This document shows, piece after piece, positions 18,246-28,054 of a stretch of DNA of 64,000 nucleotides (within the stretch, counting starts at the first letter, position 1; each line of letters opens with the position of its first letter). The notes below the pieces were generated by a model. It made no database searches and was not told the origin of the DNA. It saw nothing but the letters and a program-made list of their open reading frames with translations. The stretch is from a virus (Duplodnaviria > Caudoviricetes), in the IMG/VR virus record IMGVR_UViG_3300037439_000217, positions 1,779 through 65,778 of that record. One strand, written 5' to 3'. Both the position numbers and the translations under genes were made by a program.

Positions 18246-19201
18246 CAGAAGGACGGCTCTCCGCCCTCGACCGCTCCGGGAGGAGGCGGCGGAGGAGCCG
18301 GTGCCTGCTGAGGCGGAGGCGCCTGCTGGGCCGGTGCCTGAGGCGGCGCCGGCGGAGCACCGGGAATCGGCGGCGCACCGGCGGGCGCAGGTGCTCCCTG
18401 GACAGGCGGTGCAGGCGGCGGCGCGGGAACGTTCGCAACCGGAGGCGCAGGAGGCTGAGCGGGCTGCTGAGGCTGCTGCGCAGGCGGCTGCGGCGGTGCG
18501 GACGGTGACGGCGGTGATGCCGGAGCGGCAGGAGGCGCATACGCCGGCGGAGGAACCACCGTGCTCTGCGGCGGCGCGGGCGGCTGGTACTGCGGCTGCG
18601 GCGGCTGGTACTGCGGCTGCTGATACTGCGGCTGCGGCATCTGCGGCTGCGGCATCTGCGGCTGCTGGTACTGCGGTGCCTGCGGTGCCTGCGGGTAGGC
18701 AGGAGCAGGCGGCTGGTACTGCGGCTGCGCGACCTGAGGAACACCCGGCTGCGGTGCCGCAGGCGAGATTGCACTCGGCTGAATGCCAACCGCCGAGCCC
18801 GCCGGCTTGAAGGTGCTGATCTCGTTCCGCGGTGCGCCGTTCCAGACGCGGTTCCCGACCGTGGCGCGGCAGCGGCGGCCGACCAGGTACTGTCCGACCT
18901 GAGACATCTCTGGCCTGGCCTGCTGGAACCACTCGCGGGTCAGACCGAAGACGTTCATGTGATCGAAGAAGAACGAAAGCGCGTTCGGGCTCTCGGGCGA
19001 GATCACGAAGTTGTTCCACAGGGTACGGCCCGCGTGCGGTCCGGTCTCGATCGTGAACTTGACCTTGACCATCGGCTTGCCGTTCTGCGTCGGCTTCGAG
19101 CCGTCCGCCTCCGTTGCCAGCAGGTCGTAGTCCCCGTCAGGAACGGGATCGAACGAGCCCGCCGAGTCCTGGATCAGTTGATCCCAGTTGATGGTTGTCA
19201 C
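18245..19201 (-). CDS. DUF669-type single-stranded DNA-binding protein with Pro/Gln-rich tail
   Basis: FDPVPDGDY...KVKFTIETGPHAGRTLWNNF...NEIS; about 160-aa P/Q/A tail ending in EPSF. Confidence 0.75.
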   Translation of the reverse strand: MTTINWDQLIQDSAGSFDPVPDGDYDLLATEADGSKPTQNGKPMVKVKFTIETGPHAGRTLWNNFVISPESPNALSFFFDHMNVFGLTREWFQQARPEMSQVGQYLVGRRCRATVGNRVWNGAPRNEISTFKPAGSAVGIQPSAISPAAPQPGVPQVAQPQYQPPAPAYPQAPQAPQYQQPQMPQPQMPQPQYQQPQYQPPQPQYQPPAPPQSTVVPPPAYAPPAAPASPPSPSAPPQPPAQQPQQPAQPPAPPVANVPAPPPAPPVQGAPAPAGAPPIPGAPPAPPQAPAQQAPPPQQAPAPPPPPPGAVEGGEPSF

Positions 19202-19974
19202 TGTACTGCTACCTCCTCGGGGTAGATCGCTTGGAGCATGGTCATAACGTTGGGTCGATCGACGACCGGTGGCAGCCGACCCTGGACGCGCTCACCTGCC
19301 TCATACCGTGGATCCGGCGAGACGAGCATCCGACGCATTAGGTAGCCGTTCGGCTGCCCGTTCGCGTCGAGCTCCTGCTGGGTGAACAGGTATCCTACAA
19401 CGTCCATCCAGTACGGCAAGGACACCTCGATCTGGCCTTGCATGTACGGACGATACTTGCCGTTCTTCTCGCGTGTCTCCGCGATGAACACGACGACCCG
19501 GATCGGGTTGTCCGGGATGAGCGTGATGTCTCGGAACCCGCGGATCGTGCCGTCCATCTGCGCCAGCAAGACGCCCCAGTCCTGGATCTTCATCGCCTCG
19601 CTGCCGACCAGGTTCTGCTTGCACCGTCGCTGGATCTCGGAGATCGAGTCAACGACCAGCGACTTGAAGTCGTGAGGCGCCTGGATGACCCAGGCGTACA
19701 CCTGGGCGACCGTCTGCCAGTCCCGGACCGTTACGACGCATATCTCCCAAGTCCCGTCGTACCGCGGCGGAGGCTCGCGCATCGGGTCCCAGTCTCGCCG
19801 GCGCAGCGGGCGACCGTACATCTCGAGGACGGTGAGCGCGCCGGGCACCCACTTCCACCCGCCCTCCGCATCCAGCGCGAGTATCGGGAGCGGCGCGGTC
19901 GCGGCCAGCGACGTCTTGCCAACCTTCGCGTCAGCGTGGACGAGAAGCGACAGCGTTCGATAGTCGGTGGTCAC
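19198..19974 (-). CDS. AAA_24 / Sak4-like ATPase (recombinase)
   Basis: Walker A ADAKVGKTS, LDAEGG and Walker B LVVDSIS. Confidence 0.8.
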   Translation of the reverse strand: MTTDYRTLSLLVHADAKVGKTSLAATAPLPILALDAEGGWKWVPGALTVLEMYGRPLRRRDWDPMREPPPRYDGTWEICVVTVRDWQTVAQVYAWVIQAPHDFKSLVVDSISEIQRRCKQNLVGSEAMKIQDWGVLLAQMDGTIRGFRDITLIPDNPIRVVVFIAETREKNGKYRPYMQGQIEVSLPYWMDVVGYLFTQQELDANGQPNGYLMRRMLVSPDPRYEAGERVQGRLPPVVDRPNVMTMLQAIYPEEVAVQ

Positions 19975-20286
19975 ATTGCCTCCCAGTACCAGCGCTTGCC
20001 TATTTGCTTCGCTGGATCGTACACGACTGTGACACGTTCGAGTGGTCGATTCTTCAGTGCATCGAGCATGTCGTTCTGCTTGCCTTGTACCCAACCGCGT
20101 GAGTGTACTCGATCATACGCTGCTCTAGCGCAGTCGTAGTGCTCCCAGGTGCCGCGCACGTTTGTGATCTTTGTACCGCCCATTTGCAGGCTGCAGACAC
20201 CGCACGTCTGCGTCAAGTGTCCGATACTGACCGCCCAACTTTCAGGTGGAACGGTCAACCACGTGAACTGTGGTTGGGTCAAGTCC

Positions 20287-21861
20287 TCACTCCTCTTCGG
20301 TCTTGAGGTAGTAGCTGAGCGGGTTCTGCTCGCGGTACCGAGACGCAATCATATCATCGACCCGGCTGCCGTCGTCAAAAAGAGGGCAGATCGCGAAGTG
20401 ATCGCAGTCCCAGCTGCAGTTGCGGTTCGGCGTCGGGTACACGACGGCGAGGGGATCCTTGCCCGCGTCGAGCTGCTCGCGCACACGGACCATCTGCATG
20501 ATCGTGCCAACTAGGCGCTTCTTGAACGACTCCAGCTCGATCGGGTTGTGCCGAACCTCGACCCGTCCGAAGAACGGCGGGTTCGCCCGCATGGTGCGCT
20601 TGACCTTGCGCAGCATGTTGTAGATGGCGCCGTCGCACCGGCCGTCCTCGACGGCCTGGAGCCACTCGATCAGATGGTAGTGCAGCATCTGCTCGTCGAG
20701 GTGCAGCGTCTTGACAGGACTGGTGAGATCGCCCACCGTCTTGTGATCCATGAACAGCCGGACGCCGTCCGACTCGCGGATCAGCCGAACGTCGAGTTTG
20801 CCGATGACCAGCACGCCACGCTCGATCGCCGGGATGTCGAGCTTGGCCTCGACGTAGGTTTCGGGAGCGACGACGCGGAGGCCACGGTCTGCGCCTTCCT
20901 CGGCGAGCCACTCGATGTAGCCTTCCACCATCTTCCGCTCGAGGGCCGTGTCGTCTTGGAACCTCTTCACGACGCCCTCGGGTGGCGCGTCGTATCCTTG
21001 CTCCTTGTACCCGAGCGCCAGCTTCGTCCAGTCGTCGGTGATCGCTCGCTCCAGCGCGTCGCGTGGGTCCTGCGGCGTCTGGCCGGCGGGGACGTAGAGC
21101 GCGCGAAGCGCTCGGTGAACGCGGGCACCGAGGGCGGCGGCACCGACAGGTTCCTCGAACTTCGGAGCCAGGCCACGGTACCACGAAAGCCACCACTTTC
21201 GCCTACAACGCTTGAAGGTCTGCACCTCGCTGTTCGATACGGCAATGGTCCCGTCGAGACGCAGAGGCGTGATCTCGGGCTGCTCGACCGCCGGTACGGG
21301 CGTTTCTGGTTCGACGACGGTCGCCGGACCGGCCTCGATCGGCGGGATTCCCCCGAGATTCTCGAGCGTTTGCGTCGCGTCCACCGATCGCTCGAAGTCG
21401 TACGTAACCGCGGCATCGGACATTGGCGAGTCGTCGAGAACGTCGTTCTCCAGGGCCGCATCGAGGGCGACCAGGTCGCCGTACCCGTGCACCCACGCCT
21501 TGAGATCCATGACCTCGTAGCCTTGCGCGCGAAGCTCCTCAACCGTCTCGATCGACTCATCAACATCGGTTGCCGTGTCGACCGACTCCTCAACTTTCGC
21601 TGCCGGTTTGTTGCCGTGTTGCTCTTGCTTCGCTGGTTCGTCCGGCAGGAAAGCCGCCTGACCGAGCATCGGGTATGCGGCGAGGAGCTTCTCCAGCTCG
21701 CCATCCTTGAGCTCGCGACCCTTCTCGATGTTCGCGATCGCAGAGACGGTTAGGCCGGTCTTCTCGGCCATCGTATTGCGGTTCAGCCTCTTGCCGTTCT
21801 CGTCGCGCTCGCTCTTGCGGATCTGCTCGAGAAGCTGTCCGAGCTTTGGTTGTGTGGTCAC
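20287..21861 (-). CDS. XRE helix-turn-helix fused to PD-(D/E)xK (RecB/Cas4-like) exonuclease
   Basis: LNRNTMAEKTGLTVSAIANIEKG; SNSEVQTFKRCRRKWW, GKLD, DHKT and CSWDCDHFAIC. Confidence 0.8.
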   Translation of the reverse strand: MTTQPKLGQLLEQIRKSERDENGKRLNRNTMAEKTGLTVSAIANIEKGRELKDGELEKLLAAYPMLGQAAFLPDEPAKQEQHGNKPAAKVEESVDTATDVDESIETVEELRAQGYEVMDLKAWVHGYGDLVALDAALENDVLDDSPMSDAAVTYDFERSVDATQTLENLGGIPPIEAGPATVVEPETPVPAVEQPEITPLRLDGTIAVSNSEVQTFKRCRRKWWLSWYRGLAPKFEEPVGAAALGARVHRALRALYVPAGQTPQDPRDALERAITDDWTKLALGYKEQGYDAPPEGVVKRFQDDTALERKMVEGYIEWLAEEGADRGLRVVAPETYVEAKLDIPAIERGVLVIGKLDVRLIRESDGVRLFMDHKTVGDLTSPVKTLHLDEQMLHYHLIEWLQAVEDGRCDGAIYNMLRKVKRTMRANPPFFGRVEVRHNPIELESFKKRLVGTIMQMVRVREQLDAGKDPLAVVYPTPNRNCSWDCDHFAICPLFDDGSRVDDMIASRYREQNPLSYYLKTEEE

Positions 21862-22039
21862 TGTGCTGTCACCCACCCCACGAGCTGAACGATCGCCCAG
21901 ATGACTACGACGACGAACGCGACGGCGAGAACGGCGCCTACCGTCCAAGCCGCACCGATGCGACGACCCATCTTCTCAAACTCGCGGTCGAACCGCTGAC
22001 GCCTACGGCTGAAGTCGTCATCGTGTCTACTCATGTCCC

Positions 22040-23971
22040 TCACTCTCCAAGGTAGCTGTTCGCGATCGTTTCTGCCTCGCGGTCGAGGTCGTCGGTCGCC
22101 AGTCCGGCGGCTGCACGACGTGCGCGGTCGCGCGTGATCTCGTCCAGACGGTCCATCTTAGCACTAAGATTCGCGACCTGGTCCTCTTCAACCGTTCCCT
22201 CCGCTATCAGATCGATGATCAGCACAGAGTCGTGGATCTCTGAGCCGATCCGATGGACCCGATCCTCCCCCTGGAGGTTGTCCACCATCGACCACGACCT
22301 CTGCAGCCGGATCAGCGTATCGGCGCGCGACAGGTCGATCCCGACCCCGCCTGCCTTGTACGTGAACATGATCACAGGTATCTCGCCGGCCTGAAAGCGC
22401 TCGATGTTGCGGGCGCGGACCTTCTCCGGTACGGTACCTGTAATCAGCGCGTGCGGAATGCTCTCCTTCTCGAGCCGGGCTGCGGCGAGTTCGATCAGCT
22501 TGCGGTGTTCGGCGGCTGCGGCGAGCGGCCTACCGTATCCCTCGCGGACGATCTCCACGAGGTCGTCAACCTTGGTGGACGGTTCGATCGGCTCGACGAG
22601 GAACTCGAGGCCGGAGCCGCGGCAGGTCTGACACATCCCGGCCGGGTTCTGCGGGTCGCGCCGATCACCCTTGCACCGGCGGCACGTGATCGTCTCGACC
22701 TCGGCGTACGACGACGCGAGCTGAAGCAGCCGGGTCTGCGCCGGCAGGTTGCCGCGCGCGACAAGAAGCGAGCCGTCCTCGAGGCGCGTCGCCAGCGCGT
22801 CCTCGATCTCCTTGTAGGCCTTCCGCTGCTTCGGCGTCATCTCCACGGTGCGAATCTGACGGATCTTCGGCGGCAGCTGCGGCAGCACGATGTCCTTGGT
22901 CATCCGACGAAAGTGCGGGTCAAAGAACCGGAAGAACTCGTCCCGAGTGTCGGCCCGCAGACCTGTCACATCAAGTCCGCCGTGCGCGTTCCACGACAGC
23001 ATCGCAAAGCGCTCGAGGAACTTACTCTTGACCGGCATCTCGTCAGGAGTCACCGCGTGCATCGCCGACCACAGGTCACCGGGGTGGTTCGCGATCGGCG
23101 TGCCAGTGGCGCCCCAGCGGCGCAACACCGACGGGTCGTGGAACGTCGCCCAGACGGCGCGTGTCTGCTTCGCCTTAGGATCCTTCACCCGGTGCGCCTC
23201 GTCCAGGATGCACGTCTTGAAGCCGAACCCGTTGAGCTCCTTCTTATGCACCTCGCAGCGAGCTGCGGTCAGCTTCGGGTCGCCGTGCTTCTTGTCACAC
23301 TCGCGGCAGCGTGCCAGCGATATGGATCCGTAGCCGGCGAGCCTCGACAGGAGCCGAACCGACTCGATGTTGACGATCACGAGCGCGGTCGGGTCGCTCT
23401 TGGCCTTCTCGAGAATCTTCCGCCGCTCCGGCGTGCTGCCGGCGAGTACGTAAGGCGTCCCCTCGGGAAACCACTCGCGGGTCTTCGCCTCCCAGTGACG
23501 CTTGACGCCGTTCGGGCAGACGACCAACGCGGGCAGCGCGTCCGGGATGATGCGCAGCGCGGCGAGGATCTGAATGGTCTTACCGGTGCCCATCTCGTCG
23601 GCCAGCAGTGCGCTTCCGGCGATGCGCAGAAACTCGCGGCCGACGACCTGGAACGGGTACAGCCGCTTGTCGTGATCGTTCGCGGTCTCGGGTGCAGACG
23701 AGAACGCGGTCGCCTCGCGGATGGACATCACCGGGTCAACGCGGGTGTGCCGCTCGTTCCACGCCCAGGTGTTCAGGCTCGGTCCGACGTCGAGTCCGCT
23801 ACCGAAGATGCCGCGCAGGACGACGCACGTCGCCCATGTCAGCGGAGCGTGCCAGAACTTGCCTTCGCCGTCCCAGTGGCAGCCAGGAAGCTGTTTGATG
23901 AGGTCCTTCTCCTCCCACCGGGTCTGGATCACAACGCGACCTGTATCCGGCGCGATCTCTGCGTATGCCAT
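22040..23971 (-). CDS. SNF2-family helicase
   Basis: LADEMGTGKT, LDEAH, ATGTP, GGVGIDL and QGEDRVHRIG. Confidence 0.92.
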   Translation of the reverse strand: MAYAEIAPDTGRVVIQTRWEEKDLIKQLPGCHWDGEGKFWHAPLTWATCVVLRGIFGSGLDVGPSLNTWAWNERHTRVDPVMSIREATAFSSAPETANDHDKRLYPFQVVGREFLRIAGSALLADEMGTGKTIQILAALRIIPDALPALVVCPNGVKRHWEAKTREWFPEGTPYVLAGSTPERRKILEKAKSDPTALVIVNIESVRLLSRLAGYGSISLARCRECDKKHGDPKLTAARCEVHKKELNGFGFKTCILDEAHRVKDPKAKQTRAVWATFHDPSVLRRWGATGTPIANHPGDLWSAMHAVTPDEMPVKSKFLERFAMLSWNAHGGLDVTGLRADTRDEFFRFFDPHFRRMTKDIVLPQLPPKIRQIRTVEMTPKQRKAYKEIEDALATRLEDGSLLVARGNLPAQTRLLQLASSYAEVETITCRRCKGDRRDPQNPAGMCQTCRGSGLEFLVEPIEPSTKVDDLVEIVREGYGRPLAAAAEHRKLIELAAARLEKESIPHALITGTVPEKVRARNIERFQAGEIPVIMFTYKAGGVGIDLSRADTLIRLQRSWSMVDNLQGEDRVHRIGSEIHDSVLIIDLIAEGTVEEDQVANLSAKMDRLDEITRDRARRAAAGLATDDLDREAETIANSYLGE

Positions 23972-23974
23972 CGG

Positions 23975-24478
23975 TCAGCTCCTCGTATCCTCATCCTCAG
24001 AGTCAACACTAGCATATCGATGGAGAATGTCAAACATCCTTGGCTCGATGCCTTGCAGCGCGAACAGGGCGTGTGCGGCTGCGTGGTTGGCGTGCTCCAT
24101 ACCCGGCTTGTACCACCCGATCGCACGGAGTAGCTGCGGCGGCGCGAGCCTGACCGCGTCCGCCTTGGATTGCAACACGAGGTGCCCGCCTAGCCGCTCG
24201 CACACATCGCGCACGCTGCCGATGACCTCGAGGGCGTCGGTCTGCTGCGTCTTCTTACCGGTCTCCGGCGTGATCACGAAGCGCTCGCAGGCGATCACGA
24301 GGTCTGTCCAGACCTGCAGCCGCCACTCCACCTCTGTGTGCACCTCGTGTCGCCGAAGATGCATGTGCCTAGCGTCGTTGTTGAGCAGGATCTCGCCCTC
24401 GTCCGGGATCGCGATCGTCGCCAGGAACACGCCGGTGGTCTTCCCTGGGTCGATGCCCATCACGTTGCGTATGATCAT
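23975..24478 (-). CDS. RuvC-like Holliday junction resolvase
   Basis: MGIDPGKTTG, IACERF, and a C-terminal HANHAAAH (atypical last acidic site). Confidence 0.6.
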   Translation of the reverse strand: MIIRNVMGIDPGKTTGVFLATIAIPDEGEILLNNDARHMHLRRHEVHTEVEWRLQVWTDLVIACERFVITPETGKKTQQTDALEVIGSVRDVCERLGGHLVLQSKADAVRLAPPQLLRAIGWYKPGMEHANHAAAHALFALQGIEPRMFDILHRYASVDSEDEDTRS

Positions 24479-26331
24479 CCGGTCATCATCTCCAAGGTCA
24501 CGTCCTTCTTCTCGCCCCAGCGCTGGCCGTGCGCGGTTCCTGCCGTGATCGGCACCGAGAGCAGGTTCGCATCGTTCATCACCTGGTGGATCGTGCGGAT
24601 CGCGTCAGGCACCTCCGGGTCCGGGACGTCGAAGATGACCTCATCGTGGACGGGTAGGATCATGTACTCGCCGAGTCCGGCTGCGTCCAGCTCGAGGAGC
24701 TTCATCTTTAGGATCTCGCCGGCCATCCCTTGAATGAGGTAGTTGACCAGCGCGTACTCGCGACCGGGATCGGCGACGTGACGCCGACGGGTCAGCGGGG
24801 ACAGGACGTATGCGTCACCCTCGCGAAGCCGCCGCTCGGTCGCCCGCTCGTCGACCTCCCGCTGGAACCGCTGAACGCCTGGGTAGAGTCGATCAAACAC
24901 GTCGAGGAACGCGTAGCCTTCAGCCGGTGGGATGCCCGCGGTGAGGGCGAACTTCTCAGGCCCCGCGCCGTATGCCTTGGCGTAGCCCGCGTTCTTTGCG
25001 GTCTGCCGGCGTGGGTCCTTCTTCTCGAGGGTGTCGTCGCCGTAGACCTGCCGCGCCATGATCGTGAAAAAGTCCAGGCCGCCGACTGCGTTGAGGAACG
25101 CGTTGATCATTCCCTGATCCTGCGACAGGTGGGCGAACACGCGCATCTCGATCTGGTCGAAGTCAGAGAACAGCAGCGTGTGACCGTCGCGTGCGATGAC
25201 GCAGTTGCGGACCACCTCGGCGAACGGGTTGGATTCGCTGCGTCGCGGCAGATTCTGAAGGTTCGGCGAGTCCATCGACATGCGGCCGGTGCGGACGCCG
25301 TACTCGCCTTCGGACGCGCTTGCCTTCTTGTGCGTGCCACCGATCGAGTTGATGTGTGGATGCAGCAGCCCATCGTACTCGCTGAACTCGAGGAACCGCC
25401 GTAGGTAGGTCGACTGCAGCTTCTGCACGCGTCGCCGGGAGAACACAGCCTGAGCCAACGGGTGGTCGATCGGCCCGAGCACTTCCTTGTCGAGGGCGTA
25501 CGCTCCGCTTGCCGTTCGCTTGTCGAACGTGTAACCGAACTCCTGAAGTCGTGCCACGACGTCGGCGTTAGCGCCTGGCTTGACACCGTACGTATCAACG
25601 CACCAGTGTTCGACGTCCTTGACATACTGCAGGAACTCGTCGGATCGCGCCTGCGTGTACTCGCGGTCGATCCGCGCGCCTCGTCGCTCCATGCGCTCGA
25701 CGACCCAGCCGGCTCCGAGCTCGAGGCTGTATGCGAGCGGCGCCTGCGCCTGGACCTTCGGCCAGTGGACGTCTCGAAGCTGGTAGGTCAAGATCGGGTC
25801 GATCGCGCCGTACTGCCAGTAGATGGCAAGCGGACCTTCGGAGACGATCGGAATGGTCGCCCACGACCACGCGCCTTTCTTATCGAGTGCCTCGTTCAAC
25901 GCGCGCTGCGCCGCCGCGGCGCGACCGTCAACGTGACGACTGGCCTGATTCTTCAAGGCGGTCGATTCGGTCGGTTCGAGGACGTGACCCATCATCCGCG
26001 TGTCGTGGACCTTGTGCCGAGGGATCTTGATGCCCTCCTTCTCGGTCATGGCGCAGTCGAACGGCGCGTTGTGCATGTCGTACTCGCCGTCCCAGCGCCT
26101 GACCAGATCCTCGACGACGCCACCCCAGCGCTCGAAGGGTATCGCCCAGCCGGTCTTATCGTCGGACACCTGGACGAGACGCACCCGGTCTTGCTCAGGA
26201 CTGAGCCCGGTGGTCTCCGTGTCGTACCCAATGCGTCCCTTCTGCGCCGGTCCCTCGCCGAGCCAGCGCATCAACGAGTAGGCCTCGTCGACCGAGTCGA
26301 CCAGATGCAGCTCGATACCGTCGAGGCTCAT
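24475..26331 (-). CDS. polA: DNA polymerase, family A, with 3'-5' exonuclease
   Basis: Exo I DTET, Exo II HNAPFD, Exo III YGAID; TGRMS...PNLQN, motif A DFDQIEMR, motif B KNAGYAKAYG, motif C VHDE. Confidence 0.95.
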   Translation of the reverse strand: MSLDGIELHLVDSVDEAYSLMRWLGEGPAQKGRIGYDTETTGLSPEQDRVRLVQVSDDKTGWAIPFERWGGVVEDLVRRWDGEYDMHNAPFDCAMTEKEGIKIPRHKVHDTRMMGHVLEPTESTALKNQASRHVDGRAAAAQRALNEALDKKGAWSWATIPIVSEGPLAIYWQYGAIDPILTYQLRDVHWPKVQAQAPLAYSLELGAGWVVERMERRGARIDREYTQARSDEFLQYVKDVEHWCVDTYGVKPGANADVVARLQEFGYTFDKRTASGAYALDKEVLGPIDHPLAQAVFSRRRVQKLQSTYLRRFLEFSEYDGLLHPHINSIGGTHKKASASEGEYGVRTGRMSMDSPNLQNLPRRSESNPFAEVVRNCVIARDGHTLLFSDFDQIEMRVFAHLSQDQGMINAFLNAVGGLDFFTIMARQVYGDDTLEKKDPRRQTAKNAGYAKAYGAGPEKFALTAGIPPAEGYAFLDVFDRLYPGVQRFQREVDERATERRLREGDAYVLSPLTRRRHVADPGREYALVNYLIQGMAGEILKMKLLELDAAGLGEYMILPVHDEVIFDVPDPEVPDAIRTIHQVMNDANLLSVPITAGTAHGQRWGEKKDVTLEMMTG

Positions 26332-26374
26332 GAGCAGGACGCGACCCAATCGGTCTTGATGGTTCCGACGGTTG

Positions 26375-26584
26375 TCACGTTCGGATTCCTCTCTCCTCGT
26401 GCCAGCGATGGTACCTTACTCTAGCCTGATGCGCGTCCACGATCCGCGAGATCGCGGTCAGCTCGGAGGGACCGTCTGGTCGGCAGTTGCACGTTACCCA
26501 GAGGGTCATGTCACCGCTACCGTGTGTGACGATCCGAAGTTGATGCGGAAGCATCGGATCGACGATCGGGATCTTCCACCTCAT
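26375..26584 (-). CDS. hypothetical protein
   Basis: Small coupled ORF with H...CNC...H motif. Confidence 0.45.
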   Translation of the reverse strand: MRWKIPIVDPMLPHQLRIVTHGSGDMTLWVTCNCRPDGPSELTAISRIVDAHQARVRYHRWHEERGIRT

Positions 26585-27228
26585 CTAGGCTCCGGAGTGA
26601 GTAGCACCATGTTGACCCCACACGAGGCAAGAAGATCGTAGGACCGCTCCGGCGACCGGTGACTACGATCCTTGAGATCGTCGATCACGACCAGCGTCTT
26701 GAGTCCCGAGTTCGCGATCAGCTTGGCACACGCGTAGCACACGTGACTGGTCACGAAGATCGTGCCGCCCTGCCAGGTCGACCTGTCCGCCGCCACGAGC
26801 GCGTTCGCCTCAGCGTGCAGCGCATAGCAGTCGGAGTAGTCCTGCGCCAGCTGCTCGACCTGCTTGCCGCCGTGCGCGGCGAAGTACGCGTCGGTATCCT
26901 CGATCAGCATCTCCTGACCGTTCGGCGTTCGCTCGTAGACGTTGCCGTCGTGGTACACGAGCTCAGGTATCGGCGGACCGCTTGGGTTCGCGTTACTGAA
27001 GTCGAACTCCCAGGTGCGGTCGACGTTCGCCCGTGGGCACCACTCCTTGCACGGTCGATCGTGGTGCTCGAAGCCACTCGGCGGGTTGTTGTACCCCGTC
27101 GAGACGATGCGGTTGGTGGTGTCGACGATCACCGCTCCGACATGCGCGCGAACGCACAGCGAGCGCTCGGCGATATCTGCGGCGATCTTCGACCAGAGTT
27201 CATCCCAGGTGAGGCGCGATGGCGTCAC
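26581..27228 (-). CDS. dCMP deaminase
   Basis: RSLC...VGAVIV, STGYN, HAEANAL and CYACAKLI zinc motifs. Confidence 0.9.
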   Translation of the reverse strand: MTPSRLTWDELWSKIAADIAERSLCVRAHVGAVIVDTTNRIVSTGYNNPPSGFEHHDRPCKEWCPRANVDRTWEFDFSNANPSGPPIPELVYHDGNVYERTPNGQEMLIEDTDAYFAAHGGKQVEQLAQDYSDCYALHAEANALVAADRSTWQGGTIFVTSHVCYACAKLIANSGLKTLVVIDDLKDRSHRSPERSYDLLASCGVNMVLLTPEPR

Positions 27229-28054
27229 GGTACCACACCTCCGAGTCGGTCATGTACTCCTCGCTGATCTTGCCGCCGCGAAGGAGCCGCAGCGCGATGT
27301 CCTCAATCTTTCCCCAGCTCAGACCGTCGTGGCCGATCCCGGTCGGCAGCCTCGCGGGCGCGCTCGGCTCACCGACACTCAAGATCTTGTCGAGGTCACG
27401 CTCGTACAGATGCAACGACCACGCGGTGTGCCGGTACGCTCCGGGAAGAACGTCGAGAGAGGTGGCGATCGTGAACTGTAGCTGGGTGAATGTGTGCACG
27501 TCGTACGGCCAACCGAGCCACGCGTCATTCGACCGCATCGTCACGTGCATGTCGAGCCGGTCTTCGACGATCGCGAATCCGAGGGCGATCGTGCATGGGA
27601 TGTCGCGCGCCGACTCGTTGTCCTTGATAGGATCCCAGATCGTGGCCACAGCCTGCCGCGTGTCGGGGTCCCGCCTCAGCTTATCCACGACGGCGGGAAG
27701 CTGGCCCCACGTGCGGGGCCCGTACGCGCCGTGGAACGTCCCGTCCTCCTCCTGGAACTGCCGAAAGCCAGGGGCGATACGCGTCAGCAGAGGCGCATTC
27801 ATCGTGCCGGATATGAGCTGCAGAGCTTCCACGGCCGCGATGCCAAGGTTCAGGTTGCGGCCCGTTCCGACCGGCAGCGCGTCCCAGGGTTCCATCACGA
27901 CGGTGGTGTGACCGAGGTCGACGGTTGCCATGCCACGAGGCGCGCGCTTCTTACCGTGGCTCTTGACATAGAGCAGCAGGTCAGAGTACCCAAGCCGACC
28001 GGACGGCACCTCGATCAGCGTTGTGTCCCGGTAGCGGGATGCGAACAGCGTCAC
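27200..28054 (-). CDS. thymidylate-synthase-fold enzyme with dCMP-type specificity (putative dCMP hydroxymethylase)
   Basis: YGPR, DTRQAV, catalytic DIPCT and MRSNDAWLGWPYD. Asp occupies the position of E. coli ThyA Asn177, as in T4 gp42 and MilA. Confidence 0.8.
   Translation of the reverse strand: MTLFASRYRDTTLIEVPSGRLGYSDLLLYVKSHGKKRAPRGMATVDLGHTTVVMEPWDALPVGTGRNLNLGIAAVEALQLISGTMNAPLLTRIAPGFRQFQEEDGTFHGAYGPRTWGQLPAVVDKLRRDPDTRQAVATIWDPIKDNESARDIPCTIALGFAIVEDRLDMHVTMRSNDAWLGWPYDVHTFTQLQFTIATSLDVLPGAYRHTAWSLHLYERDLDKILSVGEPSAPARLPTGIGHDGLSWGKIEDIALRLLRGGKISEEYMTDSEVWYRDAIAPHLG

Noticed and set aside
18245-18810. GCGGCT/GCTG-rich DNA repeats
   Set aside because: They are fully explained by the Pro/Gln low-complexity tail of the SSB-like protein.
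20287-21861. Cas4 as part of a CRISPR-Cas locus
   Set aside because: It sits in an SSB / Sak4-like recombination module with no cas1 or cas2; this is a standard phage exonuclease.
22253-24133. Long opposite-strand or alternate-frame ORFs (also 32563-34248, 20548-21753, 29633-31165, 58743-60095)
   Set aside because: These are shadow ORFs of real genes in high-GC DNA, with no motifs and Arg/Pro/Ala-biased translations.
27200-28054. Ordinary thymidylate synthase ThyA
   Set aside because: It has RSND and Asp rather than Asn at the pyrimidine-specificity position and lacks typical ThyA folate-binding segments. It cannot be fully excluded without an assay.
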